From: the human T2T-CHM13v2.0 reference genome, Homo sapiens
DNA length: 64,000 nt
Assembly: GCF_009914755.1 (NCBI RefSeq)
Contig: NC_060929.1
Direction: 5' to 3' (one strand)
This document shows positions 31,323-46,332 of this stretch, piece by piece. Below the pieces are notes generated by a model. The model did not search any database, was not told the DNA's origin, and was given only the letters and a program-made list of their open reading frames with translations. The position numbers were made by a program, and so were the translations under genes. Positions within the stretch are counted from its first letter, which is position 1, and every line of letters begins with the position of its first letter.

Positions 31323-31599
31323 TTAAGGTAAGACACTCTTGCTTTACACATAGATAGACATATAGGTAATTATGGAAAAAAACAATGATAAAAGGGGTTA
31401 TCATCAGATGGTGGCACTTTGGGTCACTTTAATTTTTTCCTGTTCTTTATCTGAATGTTTAAAATATAAGTTATACTCATGTAACTTGTATAAAAATGCT
31501 TTATCATTTACAAAAGGCTGAAACTGAAGAGGTTTTTTATATCAGAAGCTTATAAACACAGTGATAATTTATTCTGATACTATTTTATAATTACCGCAG

Positions 31600-31706
31600 G
31601 GTTTGCAGAAGCTTAGACTGCTTATAAAGATAGAAGCCCAAGAAATACAGATCCACATCTAGAAAAATGGGTCTCTAAAATCTCAAAGGAAGATTCTATA
31701 AATGAA
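31600..31706 (+). pseudogene. Candidate exon, VWA strand-C/helix region, one in-frame stop
   Basis: ttttataattaccgcAG acceptor and GAA|GTaaat donor; reads FAEA*TAYKDRSPRNTDPHLEKWVSKISKEDSINE (TAG one step from TGG; compare F....W....N...A..WV..L). Confidence 0.45.
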
Positions 31707-32429
31707 GTAAATACTAGGTTTATAGAATAGTATGAAATAAGGAATTATTTTCCAGTAGAGTGGGCACAGTAGGTGAAACGTATAAAACTTATTGAGGCAC
31801 GGGAACTATGAGTTAGGCTGGAAGAACTTACTTTATATTTCAGCCTGAAAGAGGTCAGAAAAAAAGAAAAAGAAGATCTTTTTTTTTTTTGCCCATAATT
31901 CTTTTTGTCCTTTTCCAGGAGCAATCTAGCAAAGATTAAAGATGTGCACAGAATAATGTTGTTGAGGGTAGTGGCAAGGTGTCCACAGGAGTGACATGAC
32001 CTGAGAGCCCACACAAGGATTGAGGCAGCAATATTTTCCAGCAAGCCTGTGCTTCTATTGCTAAAAGGGCTGTGTAAGTCAGATAAATGCCAAACTCGTA
32101 ATTCACCCAGACACAGCTTTTATACCGGCTAGGTCAATCCAATTATCTCAGAGCAGGGACAATGGGGAAAGTGCATCAGGATGTATTAGGCAGCTTTCCA
32201 CTAGCAAAATGAGGTTAAAAAATATGGAAACTTCCCACTACCACCTATAGGGTGACCACATAGCTTATTGATGTACAGAGCTTCTAGCTCCTGTCCCCTC
32301 AGCCCAAACCCACCTTCCCAAGACTATAGGACCACTCTCCTACAGCGAGACCAAACTCCAAGTAAGTTTTATATATACTATATTTTTACTCAAAAGCCTT
32401 CCCATGTGTCAAAATGGCTCTAAGTAATC

Positions 32430-32645
32430 AACACTTATTAAGAGTTTACAATATGCCAGGCATTGCTGTAAGCCATTTACAATTATGAATGAACTTATTT
32501 AATGTTCACAGCCCAAGGCTGTAGGTACTGTTTTCTTCCGCATTTCACCTATAAGGACTTACAGACACAGAGATATTAGGTAACTTGATTGATATCACAC
32601 AGCTAGTAAGTGGCAGAGCTGGGATACTAACAGACAAAGCCTTCT
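32430..32645 (-). mobile_element. MIR SINE
   Basis: aacacttattaagagtttacaatatgccaggcatt...cacagctagtaagtggcagagctgggat. Confidence 0.8.
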
Positions 32646-33272
32646 CTTTCAACTTTCGCATTGTATTTTGAGAGAAATAAATGGCTTAGTGTAAGTTTAT
32701 ATCTATCCACAAGGCTCCAACCACAAAAGAGGGTCAAATAAGAATCCTCAAATCTAACCAAAGAGAAGAGTACTTCATCTCCTTGAGGGTAGAGATAGAG
32801 ATGAGTAGGAAGAAAAAAGAAGAAAGGATTGAGGAAGAGTGAAGGGAGGAACGAAGGATCGAGTAATCAGAAGCAGGGCCCACAATGAAGATAAAGAAAC
32901 CGTGATGCATCCACACAGTAGAATACTACTCAGCAAACACGGATGAAATCTCAAGTGCATTCTGCCAAGTGATAGAAGCCAGACACAAAAGGCTACCTTC
33001 TTTATGACTCAATTTACATGAAATTCTGGAAGAAGCAAAGCCTTAAGGATGGAAAACACCAGTTGCCAGGGTTTGAGTTGGCAAGGGTAGGAGGTGTGAC
33101 TATAAAGGTGGATTAGGTAATTTTTTAGGTAATTAACCACTCAATACATTTGTCAGAAGTCTCAGAAGCGTACATTAAAAAGGGTGAATTTTACTGTATC
33201 TAAATTATACCTTAATTTTTAAAAAACACATCACCCGCAACACCCAGAACAGCTTCGAAAATACTGTTTCTC

Positions 33273-33581
<309 letters not shown>

Positions 33582-33709
33582 TCACTTGGCGTTCAGTAAT
33601 CATTTAGCTTAGATAGGGCACTTGTCCTATGAGCACAGTCCTGTTTGTGATGTATAGTGGGATGATATTTCTTCTGTCTTAAACTGGGTTAGTTAAGAAA
33701 TTTCCTTTC

Positions 33710-33863
33710 GGCAGGCACAGTGGCTCCTGCCTGTAATCCCAGCACTTGGGAGGCCAAGGTGGAAGGATCACTTGAGCCCAGGAATTTGAGGTGGAAGTGA
33801 GCCATGATCACACCACTGCCCTGCAGCATAGGTGACAGAGTGAGACCCTGTCTCAAAAAGATA
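33710..33863 (+). mobile_element. Alu monomer (FRAM-like)
   Basis: Single monomer with TSD aagaa(a/g)tttccttt. Confidence 0.85.
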
Positions 33864-33899
33864 AAGAAGTTTCCTTTGGAAATTACGACACTGAAAATT

Positions 33900-34900
33900 G
33901 ATTCCAGGTTAAGAGATATTAAAGTTAATAATAATAATAATATAACTAATTGAATAAAATAAGAATACTAAGTTCATACTAATATTAAATATCTAAATGG
34001 GGACAAGAGAAAGCTTTCTTACAATAGAATACAACTAATAAATGTAGGTGTAATAATAGAGTTGTTTAAAGAAAAATCATCATTTTGGAAAAAACTACCA
34101 TTTTGTTTCTACCGTAGTTATAATTGATCCAGCAAGAATTATCAATGGATTCTAAACCTGGTTGGTGGATATTTGATGAGAATCAGGATAGCTCCACATA
34201 TTCCAAAAAGTATATTGGCACATATTACTTATTAATTACAAAGGTGAGAATAGTAAGTGTAAGATGTAAAAAGCTTAATCAATGATCAAAGTTAACATCA
34301 ACAATTCTGAAACAAATTAAATTCTCATGCCCCCTGATGTGATGTCCTGAGTACATATCACTAGGTACTATTCCTGCCCAAAATGCCTAACCTGAGTATA
34401 ATTTTAAGGAAACCTCAGACAAACTCAAACTGAGGAACATTTTACAAAATAATTGGCCGGTACTCTTCAAAAATGTCAAGTTCAAAAAAGTTAATGAAAA
34501 TCGAATTCAAGAAGATGGAAGAGTCTTGACAACTAAATAAAACGTGTGAACCTTGTGATTAGATTTAGGACTGGGAAAAAGGCAATAAAGGACACTATTA
34601 AGACAACTGGTGAATTTCGAATATGGCCTTGGTAATAGAATTATATCGATGCTAAATTTCCTAAATTTGATAAATGTACTCTGGTTATATAACAGAATAT
34701 TCTTATCTACTCTCAAATGATTCAGAAAAAAAATCTATAAGTATACACACACACACATATATATATATACACACACACAGAATATAAAGCAGATGTGAAA
34801 GTGTTAACAATAAATGAAGGTGAAGAACATGAGATTTCTTTGTATCCCTCTTGCAACTTTCCTGTAAGTTCAAAATTATACCAATCAAAAAAATTACCCC
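33900..34900 (+). mobile_element. L1MC-like 3'UTR relic
   Basis: aaggaaacctcagacaaactcaaactgagg...tcttgcaactttcctgtaagtt. Confidence 0.7.
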
Positions 34901-36786
34901 CCAAATTAGGATTCAGAGAACTGAAATACTTTCCCCAGGGTCAGAAAGCTAGTGCATGCATAGAATAAGGATTCCAATGGGTGGTCTGATTACAAAGATC
35001 ACACTCTTTTCACTGACTTGGGCTGCACCACACCATTAGTCCAATAGCCTGTCTCTTGCCTCAAGTGTCACTCTTGAGGGTAAGCAGCAAAAATAATGCT
35101 GTAGATAGTTAATATAACTGTTCTTCTAATGAAAGCAGCTCAGCCAACACTGGAAAAATGCTACAAAAATACTGAGAATTCAGAGGCTAAGAGGGAGGCA
35201 ATAATAATAATATGCTATTATCATAGTAATGGCTTCAAATGAATTCATCTTCTGAATTCCTAGCGGGGAATAGCACAATAGCAGATACCTGCAACAGGAA
35301 TTGTTCTATTGGAGGAAGCCAGTTTTTCTTCATTAGTCTGTATACTTGGAGGTTACAGTAGCAACATCAGAAAAGAAAAAAAATTTCCTTGAAGTTCTTC
35401 AACCTCTCTGAGAATCAATAGTAACACTAAAAAAATAGCTGGCATTTATTGGCACATACTATATGTATCAGACACTTTCTAAGCACATTACCCATGTAAA
35501 CTCATTGCATCATCATGTACCATGAGTAGCACTATTGTAATCTCCATCTTCCAGCTGCAGAAACCAAGGCAAAGAGAGATTAGTTAAATTGCAGCTAGAA
35601 AGGAAGAACCAAGATTTGTCGGTCAGGTTATAAGGTCTACACTCTAGACCACTGTTCTTTATATCCTCCCAGGAAAGAAAAATTCATGTGAATCATCCTG
35701 AAACAAAATGCACCTTCAGTGTTATGGATAAGTTTATGATCTAGAAACATTTTTATTTTACTTCAAAGGTAAAATGATAGATCTCTTGGAAATTAATTAA
35801 AACACATGGGAGCTCACCCATCAATATAGAAAAATATAATGACCAGATGATGAACATAATTTGATGATGGCTGAGTTTGCTTTTTTGTTCTACTTTGGAC
35901 AAAATAAAACAGATACCTGATCACCACTCTGATGGGGCATGGTTACTACTAATCAGGATAACACGTCACATTTAATCAATTCTGAGATGCAGTTTTAAAA
36001 ATTTTTTTTTCACATTGTAACTTATCTGAACTTGGGATGCAATTTATAAATAATAGGAGTCATGGTTGATTGACACAGATTTTTCTTTTGTTCTTTTTTT
36101 TTTTTCAATTTTTTTTTTTATTATACTTTAAGTTTTAGGGTACATGTGCACATTGTACAGGTTAGTTACATATGTATACATGTGCCATGCTGGTGCACTG
36201 CACCCACTAACTCGTCATCTAGCATTAGGTATATCTCCCAATGCTATCCCTCCCCCCTCCCCCCACCCCACCACAGTCCCCAGAGTATGATATTCCCCTT
36301 CCTGTGTCCATGTGATCTCATTGTTCAATTCCCACCTATGAGTGAGAATATGCAGTGTTTGGTTTTTTGTTCTTGCGATAGTTTACTGAGAATGATGATT
36401 TCCAATTTCATCCATGTCCCTACAAAGGACATGAACTCATCATTTTTATGGCTGCATAGTATTCCATGGTGTATATGTGCCACATTTTCTTAATCCAGTC
36501 TATCATTGTTGGACATTTGGGTTGGTTCCAAGTCTTTGCTATTGTGAATAGTGCCGCAATAAACATACGTGTGCATGTGTCTTTATAGCAGCATGATTTA
36601 TAGTCATTTGGGTATATACCCAGTAATGGGATGGCTGGGTCAAATGGTATTTCTAGTTCTAGATCCCTGAGGAATCGCCACACTGACATCCACAATGGTT
36701 GAACTAGTTTACAGTCCCACCAACAGTGTAAAAGTGTTCCTATTTCTCCACATCCTCTCCAGCACCTATTGTTTCCTGACTTTTTA

Positions 36787-37485
<699 letters not shown>

Positions 37486-37488
37486 TCA

Positions 37489-38500
<1,012 letters not shown>

Positions 38501-38503
38501 TCA

Positions 38504-39445
<942 letters not shown>

Positions 39446-40214
39446 CTAGTTTGATTGCACTGTGGTCTGAGAGACAGTTTGTTATAATTTCTGATCTTTT
39501 ACATTTGCTGAGGAGAGCTTTACTTCCAAGTATGTGGTCAATTTTGGAATAGGTGTGGTGTGGTGCTGAAAAAAAATGTATATTCTGTTGATTTGGGGTG
39601 GAGAGTTCTGTAGATGTCTATTAGGTCCACTTGGTGCAGAGCTGAGTTCAATTCCTGGGTATCCTTGTTGACTTTCTGTCTCGTTGATCTGTCTAATGTT
39701 GACAGTAGGGTGTTAAAGTCTCCCATTATTAATGTGTGGGAGTCTAAGTCTCTTTGTAGGTCACTCAGGACTTGCTTTATGAATCTGGGTGCTCCTATAT
39801 TGGGTGCATATATATTTAGTATAGTTAGCTCTTCTTGTTGAATTGATCCCTTACCATTATGTAATGGCCTTCTTTGTCTCTTTTGATCTTTGGTGGTTTA
39901 AAGTCTGTTTTATCAGAGACTAGGATTGCAACCCCTGCCTTTTTTTGTTTTCCATTTGCTTGGTAGATCTTCCTCCATCCTTTTATTTTGAGCCTATGTG
40001 TGTCTCTGCACGTGAGATGGGTTTCCTGAATACAGCACACTGATGGGTCTTGACTCTTTATCCAATTTGCCAGTCTGTGTCTTTTAATTGGAGCATTTAG
40101 TCCATTTACATTTAAAGTTAATATTGTTATGTGTGAATTTGATCCTGTCATTGTGATGTTAGCTGGTGATTTTGCTCGTTAGTTGATGCAGTTTCTTCCT
40201 AGTCTCGATGGTCT

Positions 40215-41231
40215 TTACATTTTGGCATGATTTTGCAGTGGCCGGTACCGGTTGTTCCTTTCCATGTTTAGCGCTTTCTTCAGGAGCTCTTTTAGGGCAG
40301 GCCTGGTGGTGACAAAATCTCTCAGCATTTGCTTGTCTGTGAAGTATTTTATTTCTCGTTCACTTATGAAGCTTAGTTTGGCTGGATATGAAATTCTGGG
40401 TTGAAAATTCTTTTCTTTAAGAATGTTGAATATTGGCCCCCACTCTCTTCTGGCTTGTAGAGTTTCTGCCGAGAGATCCGCTGTTAGTCTGATGAGCTTC
40501 CCTTTGAGGGTAACCCGACCTTTCTCTCTAGCTGCCCTTAACATTTTTTCCTTCATTTCAACTTTGGTGAATCTGACAATTATGTGTCTTGGAGTTGCTC
40601 TTCTCGAGGAGTATCTTTGTGGTGTTCTCTGTATTTCCTGAATCTGAATGTTGGCCTGCCTTGCTAGATTGGGGAAGTTCTCCTGGATAATATCCTGCAG
40701 AGTGTTTTCCAACTTGGTTCCATTCTCCCCATCACTTTCAGTTACACCAATCAGACGTAGATTTGGTCTTTTCACATAGTCCCATTTTTCTTGGAGGCTT
40801 TGCTCATTTCTTTTTATTGTTTTTGCTCTAACCTTCCTTTCTCGCTTCATTTCATTCATTTCATCTTCCATTGCTGATACCCTTTCTTCCAGTTGATCGC
40901 ATCGGCTCCTGAGGCTTCTGCATTCTTCACGTAGTTCTCGAGCCTTGGTTTTCAGCTCCATCAGCTCCTTTAAGCACTTCTCTGTATTGGTTATTCTAGT
41001 TATACATTCATCTAAATTTTTTTCAAAGTTTTCAACTTCTTTGCCTTTGGTTTGAATGTCCTCCCGTAGCTCAGAGTAATTTGATCGTCTGAAGCCTTCT
41101 TCTCTCAGCTCTTCAAAGTCATTCTCCATCCAGCTTTGTTCCGTTGCTGGTGAGGAACTGCGTTCCTTTGGAGGAGAAGAGGCGCTCTGCGTTTTAGAGT
41201 TTCCAGTTTTTCTGTTCTGTTTTTTCCCCAT
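40215..41231 (-). CDS. LINE-1 ORF1p, intact 338 aa
   Basis: MGKKQNRKTGNSK...ARREWG...YPAKLS...QNHAKM, uninterrupted. Confidence 0.93.
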   Translation of the reverse strand: MGKKQNRKTGNSKTQSASSPPKERSSSPATEQSWMENDFEELREEGFRRSNYSELREDIQTKGKEVENFEKNLDECITRITNTEKCLKELMELKTKARELREECRSLRSRCDQLEERVSAMEDEMNEMKRERKVRAKTIKRNEQSLQEKWDYVKRPNLRLIGVTESDGENGTKLENTLQDIIQENFPNLARQANIQIQEIQRTPQRYSSRRATPRHIIVRFTKVEMKEKMLRAAREKGRVTLKGKLIRLTADLSAETLQARREWGPIFNILKEKNFQPRISYPAKLSFISEREIKYFTDKQMLRDFVTTRPALKELLKKALNMERNNRYRPLQNHAKM

Positions 41232-41677
41232 CTTTGTGGTTTTATCTACTTTTGGTCTTTGATGATGGTGATGTACAGATGGGTTTTCGGTGTGGATGTC
41301 CTTTCTGTTTGTTAGTTTTCCTTCTAACAGACAGGACCCTCAGCTGCAGGTCTGTTGGAATACCCTGCCGTGTGAGGTGTCAGTGTGCCCCTCCTGGGGG
41401 GTGCCTCCCAGTTAGGCTGCTCAGGGGTCAGGGGTCAGGGACCCACTTGAGGAGGCAGTCTGACGGTTCTCAGATCTCCAGCTGCGTGCTGGGAGAACCA
41501 CTGCTCCCTTCAAAGCTGTCAGACAGGGACATTTAAGTCGCAGAGGTTACTGCTGTCTTTTTGTTTGTCTGTGCCCTGCCCCCAGAGGTGGAGCCTACAG
41601 TGGCAGGCAGGCCTCCTTGAGCTGTGGTGGGCTCCACCCAGTTCGAGCTGCTTTGTTTACCTAAGCAAGCCTGGGCA

Positions 41678-41860
41678 ATGGCGGGCGCCCCTCCCACAGC
41701 CTCGCTGCCGCCTTGCAGTTCGATCTCAGACTGCTGTGCTAGCAATCAGGGAGACTCTGTGGGCGTAGGACACTCCGAGCCAGGTGTGGGATATAGTCTC
41801 GTGGTGCGCCGTTTTTTAAGCCGGTCTGAAAAGCGCAATATTCGGGTGGGAGTGACCTGA
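41678..41860 (+). CDS. L1 antisense ORF0, truncated at 60 aa
   Basis: MAGAPPTASLPPCS...NIRVGVT*; TGA replaces the CGA that continues the canonical ~71-aa ORF0. Confidence 0.7.
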   Translation: MAGAPPTASLPPCSSISDCCASNQGDSVGVGHSEPGVGYSLVVRRFLSRSEKRNIRVGVT

Positions 41861-42663
41861 TTTTCCAGGTGCGTCCGTCACCCCTTTCTTTGACTCGGAA
41901 AGGGAACTCCCTGACCCCTTGAGCTTCCCAGGTGAGGCAATGCCTCGCCCTGCTTTGGCTCGCGCACCGTGCGCGCACCCACTGGCCTGCACCCACTGTC
42001 TGACACTCCCTAGTGAGATGAACCCGGTACCTCAGATGGAAATGCAGAAATCATCCGTCTTCTGCGTGGCTCACGCTGGGAGCTGTAGACCGGAGCTGTT
42101 CCTATTCGGCCGTCTTGGCTCCTCCCCCCTTTTCTTTTGTTCTTAATGGTAAATAAAATAATGATGTATCTCGTAATCAATTGATGACATCTTAGAATTG
42201 ATAAAATATGCTAAACTTCCTTCCTCCTTCTTCTGATCAAGTCACATAATATGTAATCTTAAAAACATTTAGCTGATTTTGATAAGCATCACATTGTATT
42301 CACAGTATTGTTCACATATATAATGTTTACATTAAACATTATTTCACATTTATTAATTATAACATGTAATCTTATATTGCATTGATGCTGGAGAAAAAAT
42401 CTTTCATTTACTCCCAAATGTATATTTTCACTTCTTTTAAGGCATTTATTATAATAGTCCAAGATCAATTGCAAGTATTCATAAATGCAATAGGAAATGC
42501 TATAAATTGATCATTTAAAGAAATCTTAGTAGGTTTAGTTTTTTACAACAGAGCTGCATTGAACAATTACTGCACACATACACTGTGGTAAGGCTGAGAA
42601 AGCACACAAATGTTAACATGCAGCCCCAACCTCAGGAAGCTCAACATTTGTCACATTTAATGA

Positions 42664-42867
<204 letters not shown>

Positions 42868-43059
42868 TGAGGGGTCATAAATAGCATGGGGCACATAATT
42901 TTCTTTCTTTCAGATGTACCAAGAGGAAAAAAAAATCACAAACTTTGATAAGTAAAAGACATAAATAATATGATAGTGCTGCATTAAGTAGTACAAAGTG
43001 GAACACTTCAGATGTACCCAGCAAATGCTCTTGTTGAACAAAATAGTCTGGGTGTCTGT

Positions 43060-44650
43060 TCATTTCACACATAATTACTGAGTGCCCACTCTATACTTAA
43101 TATGAAGATGTGATGATTAGTTTTATTTGTCAACTTGGCTAGACCACAGTCCCTAATTATTCAATCAAATGTTAATCCAAGTGTTGCCATGAAGGCATTT
43201 TGTGTGTTATTAAAGTCCACAATCAATTGATTTTAAGTAAGGGAGATTATACTACATAATCTGAGTGGGCTTGATTTATTCAGTCCATTTAAAGGCCCTG
43301 AGAGCAAAGCTAAGGCTTCCCTGAAGAAGAAAAGCAAGCCCTATGAGGTAGCTATTAGCATTATTCCTATTTTACCGACTAGGACACTGAGGCTTAGAGT
43401 TCAATATCTGCAGACTTCAGTTCAACTCATGCCCAAGTTCCAAACTGTCCCTCCTGATATCCAGCCCTACAGATTTCAGACTTGTCCAGCCAGTCCCCAA
43501 AATCACTTAGGTCTATTTCTTGCAATAAATCACTTAACATCTATTTCTTACTGGTTCCGTTACTCTAGTTGAACCCTGACTTAATATATGAGAAGCAAGG
43601 GATACACAAGACAGACTCAGGCCTTGTTCCTACCAATTGTATGGTTTAGTGGAAATGTTACAGGAGAAGCTAAGTGATTACAAGACAGCATTATGAAGGT
43701 AAAAGTACAGATACCTAGCTTAGACTTCAGAGTGTTACGAGTAAGAAAAGTTTCCTGGAAGACTGAAGTTTAATTTGAGAGTTGAAAAACTGAGTATGAA
43801 TTAAGAAAGTAAAGTGTGTGTGTGCACATGCGTGTTGCAGGCAGTACAGTGATAAAGCATTTCTAGCAGAATACCTACCCTGTGCTAAAGGCTACAGGTA
43901 AGAGGGAGCATGGTACAATGGAAGACTGGTAGAAACTTCTGCAAAACTGGTGCACAGAGAGTGAAGGTGGAGTGCTGAGAGATAAAAACTATGGAAATGA
44001 GCAGAAGCTAGATCATGAAGTCTTGAGAGTCATGTCAAGTTGCTGGGCACACAGAAGCCACTTAAGGGTTTTTAGTATAGATAACACTTGATCACTTTTA
44101 GATTTGGGGAAAATCATTCAGAATGCAATGTGGAGAATTGATTGAGAGAAAATAAAGATTGGGAACTAGAAGAAATAATTCAAATGACTAATCATGGTGA
44201 CCTAGTTTGGGTGAAAGCAGTGGGAATGGAGAGAATTGCATTGGAGAGATATTTAGACAGTGGAGTGAACAATACGTGGTGATTGATTGAATTTGAGGAA
44301 TGATGGAGATTGAAAGTCATTGTCAAAACATGATTTCTCACCTAAATAAGTAGGTGGATGATGGGACCATTCACAAAGATGAGAAATAAGAAGGATTAAG
44401 TGTGGAGCAGAGGAAGACTATGTTTGAGGTACTTACGGGCATACTGTTGGAGATCACCAGTCAGCAGTTAGCTATGCCAGTTTAAAGGAGAGGAGATGAT
44501 CTAGGTTCAAAATATGGATCTAAGAGGCATTACTGTATCAATGGAAATTGAAGCTAGGATGCAGATGAGATTGCCTAGGGAGGTAGCAGAGAGAGGGCAG
44601 GAAAAATACTGGCGTATACCCTGGAACAACCCCAACATGTCCAATGTGAA
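43060..44650 (-). mobile_element. L2 LINE relic interrupted by an MLT2 LTR
   Basis: ttactgagtgcccactctata...aggtggatgatgggaccattcac; purine-rich reverse-L2 pattern. Confidence 0.7.
43109..43588 (+). mobile_element. MLT2D-like ERVL LTR carrying a ~70-bp foreign insertion
   Basis: tgtgatgattagttttatttgtcaacttggctag...gaaccctgacttaata. Confidence 0.82.
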
Positions 44651-44849
44651 AAGAAGATCCCTCACAATAGAAGGCAGTAGTTTTAAAATCAGGTTAAAAA
44701 CATGACTTAGAATATGGCCTTCCTTAGGATTGTTTTTCTCCACAATTCACTGGTGAATATGAAAATTTATTAAGATCCAAAGACAGCACAATGTTTTCAG
44801 TTGTAGATTCACTCACTTTCTATACTAACACGATCTGGCTAGCATTTGT

Positions 44850-45050
44850 TTTACAGGTTGAAAAGCATTTCCGCGTACATTCATTTCTTCATTCAATTCT
44901 GCAAAAATAATGGTAATACCTATGAAGTAGTTATTAGCATTACTCATATTTTACAGACAAGGACACTGAGGCTTACAGAAGTTCAATATTTTCAACTTGT
45001 CCAAGCTCACCCAGCTCCATCCTAGTGCCTCTGACCATCAGTCCCTTTAG
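44850..45050 (-). mobile_element. MIR SINE
   Basis: cctatgaagtag...attttacagacaaggacactgaggc core. Confidence 0.75.
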
Positions 45051-45461
45051 TATGGCCTTTTATAGTGGCATACATTCAAAAATAGCCCTGAAGCTATGGC
45101 TGACCCTCTATCACAAGTAGGAACATAAAAGTTTACAGGAGCCAAATGGTGAATCAACATTTCTGCTCTAAAAATGGAGTAGCTGAAATTGCATGTAGGT
45201 CTTTTGATGCCATAGAATCAGCTCTTAGTACCTGCTGACTCATAGTAACTATGTAGTAAATTTTTATGGTCTATGACTTTAATAACATTTTGTTTTTTTT
45301 ATATTGCTTTGTCTTAATATGAAATTGGTCCTCTGTCTATCCACAGCAAGCATCATAATTGTTCTAGGAACTCACTAACATTTTGCCAGAAGGTGTATAG
45401 TCCCTTCTGAAAACAAAGTAATAAATAAATATTAACCCTAATGATTATTTTTCTTCTTTAG

Positions 45462-45583
45462 TTCCAGACTCTCTGGTACCATAAAATTAAAATATGGAGA
45501 TATTATTTTGGAACCTGAAAGCTACTAAAATTTGCCACCAGGATTCTAATAATCAGTTTCAAGGGAATTGATAAGGAACAACA
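45462..45583 (+). pseudogene. Candidate exon, DUF4537/Tudor-like, one in-frame stop
   Basis: tttttcttctttAG acceptor and CA|GTatga donor; reads FQTLWYHKIKIWRYYFGT*KLLKFATRILIISFKGIDKEQ(Q). Confidence 0.5.
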
Positions 45584-45660
45584 GTATGATTCAAAACTTA
45601 ATGCAATAATACTGAAAGACCTTTGTAATTTTTTATACATAAATTTATGAATCATTGCAG

Positions 45661-45792
45661 GACGGATCCACCTACAAATGTCTTACTAGCCCACCCTCGA
45701 CCAAAGAAGTACAAAATAAGATTGAAAACAGCATATCCTCCACTTGAAAGATTGTCTGGAGATCAATGACCTAATCAATATGAAAGTGATTA
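45661..45792 (+). pseudogene. Candidate exon in phase with 45462-45583 (3' end uncertain)
   Basis: 77-bp GT...ttgcAG intron (45584-45660) with phase 2 join; reads TDPPTNVLLAHPRPKKYKIRLKTAYPPLERLSGDQ*. Confidence 0.42.
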
Positions 45793-46332
45793 GTAAATAG
45801 CAAATTCCCACATGATAAGTTATTCTTATTATTTTATTAATGATAATAATCTAGGTTCTACTTCAGTCTAGCAGGACCATCTTGTCACAAAATGTATCAC
45901 TGCTTGAAAATTCTACATGAGCAATATTTTTTTATCCAGATGAATTTAATCAACCCAGAGTAATTCCAGCATCAATGAAAACAATATCCAGATTTAGGAT
46001 TTGTATAGAAGGCTGATGTAACTGGAGAAAGAAACTCAGGGCCTTGCTGAATGCTTAGGGTTACGTGAGTAACTTCCTTTTAGTGGTGATATTTATTTCT
46101 CCAAGTCTAACTGTTCAATTTTCCTAGCAGTGTAAGTGCTGGAGTGATGACCCAGGGAATCACCTTGTATTTCCTTGAATGGCTATTATGTCCCATGTAA
46201 GCCATTGCTTCTTTTGAAAAACCGGGTTCCAGTTTTTGGTCTCCAATTTGGTTGACATGTGACCCTTGGCAATTCACTTTACCTTTAGCTTTGTTTCCTC
46301 ACCTATAAAATGGGATTATAATAATAATTCTT

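Noticed and set aside
42914-42951. 38-bp micro-exon candidate
   Set aside because: Good acceptor but weak donor, and too short to assess.
44857-44912. AG...GT-bounded exon-like segment
   Set aside because: It is part of a reverse MIR.
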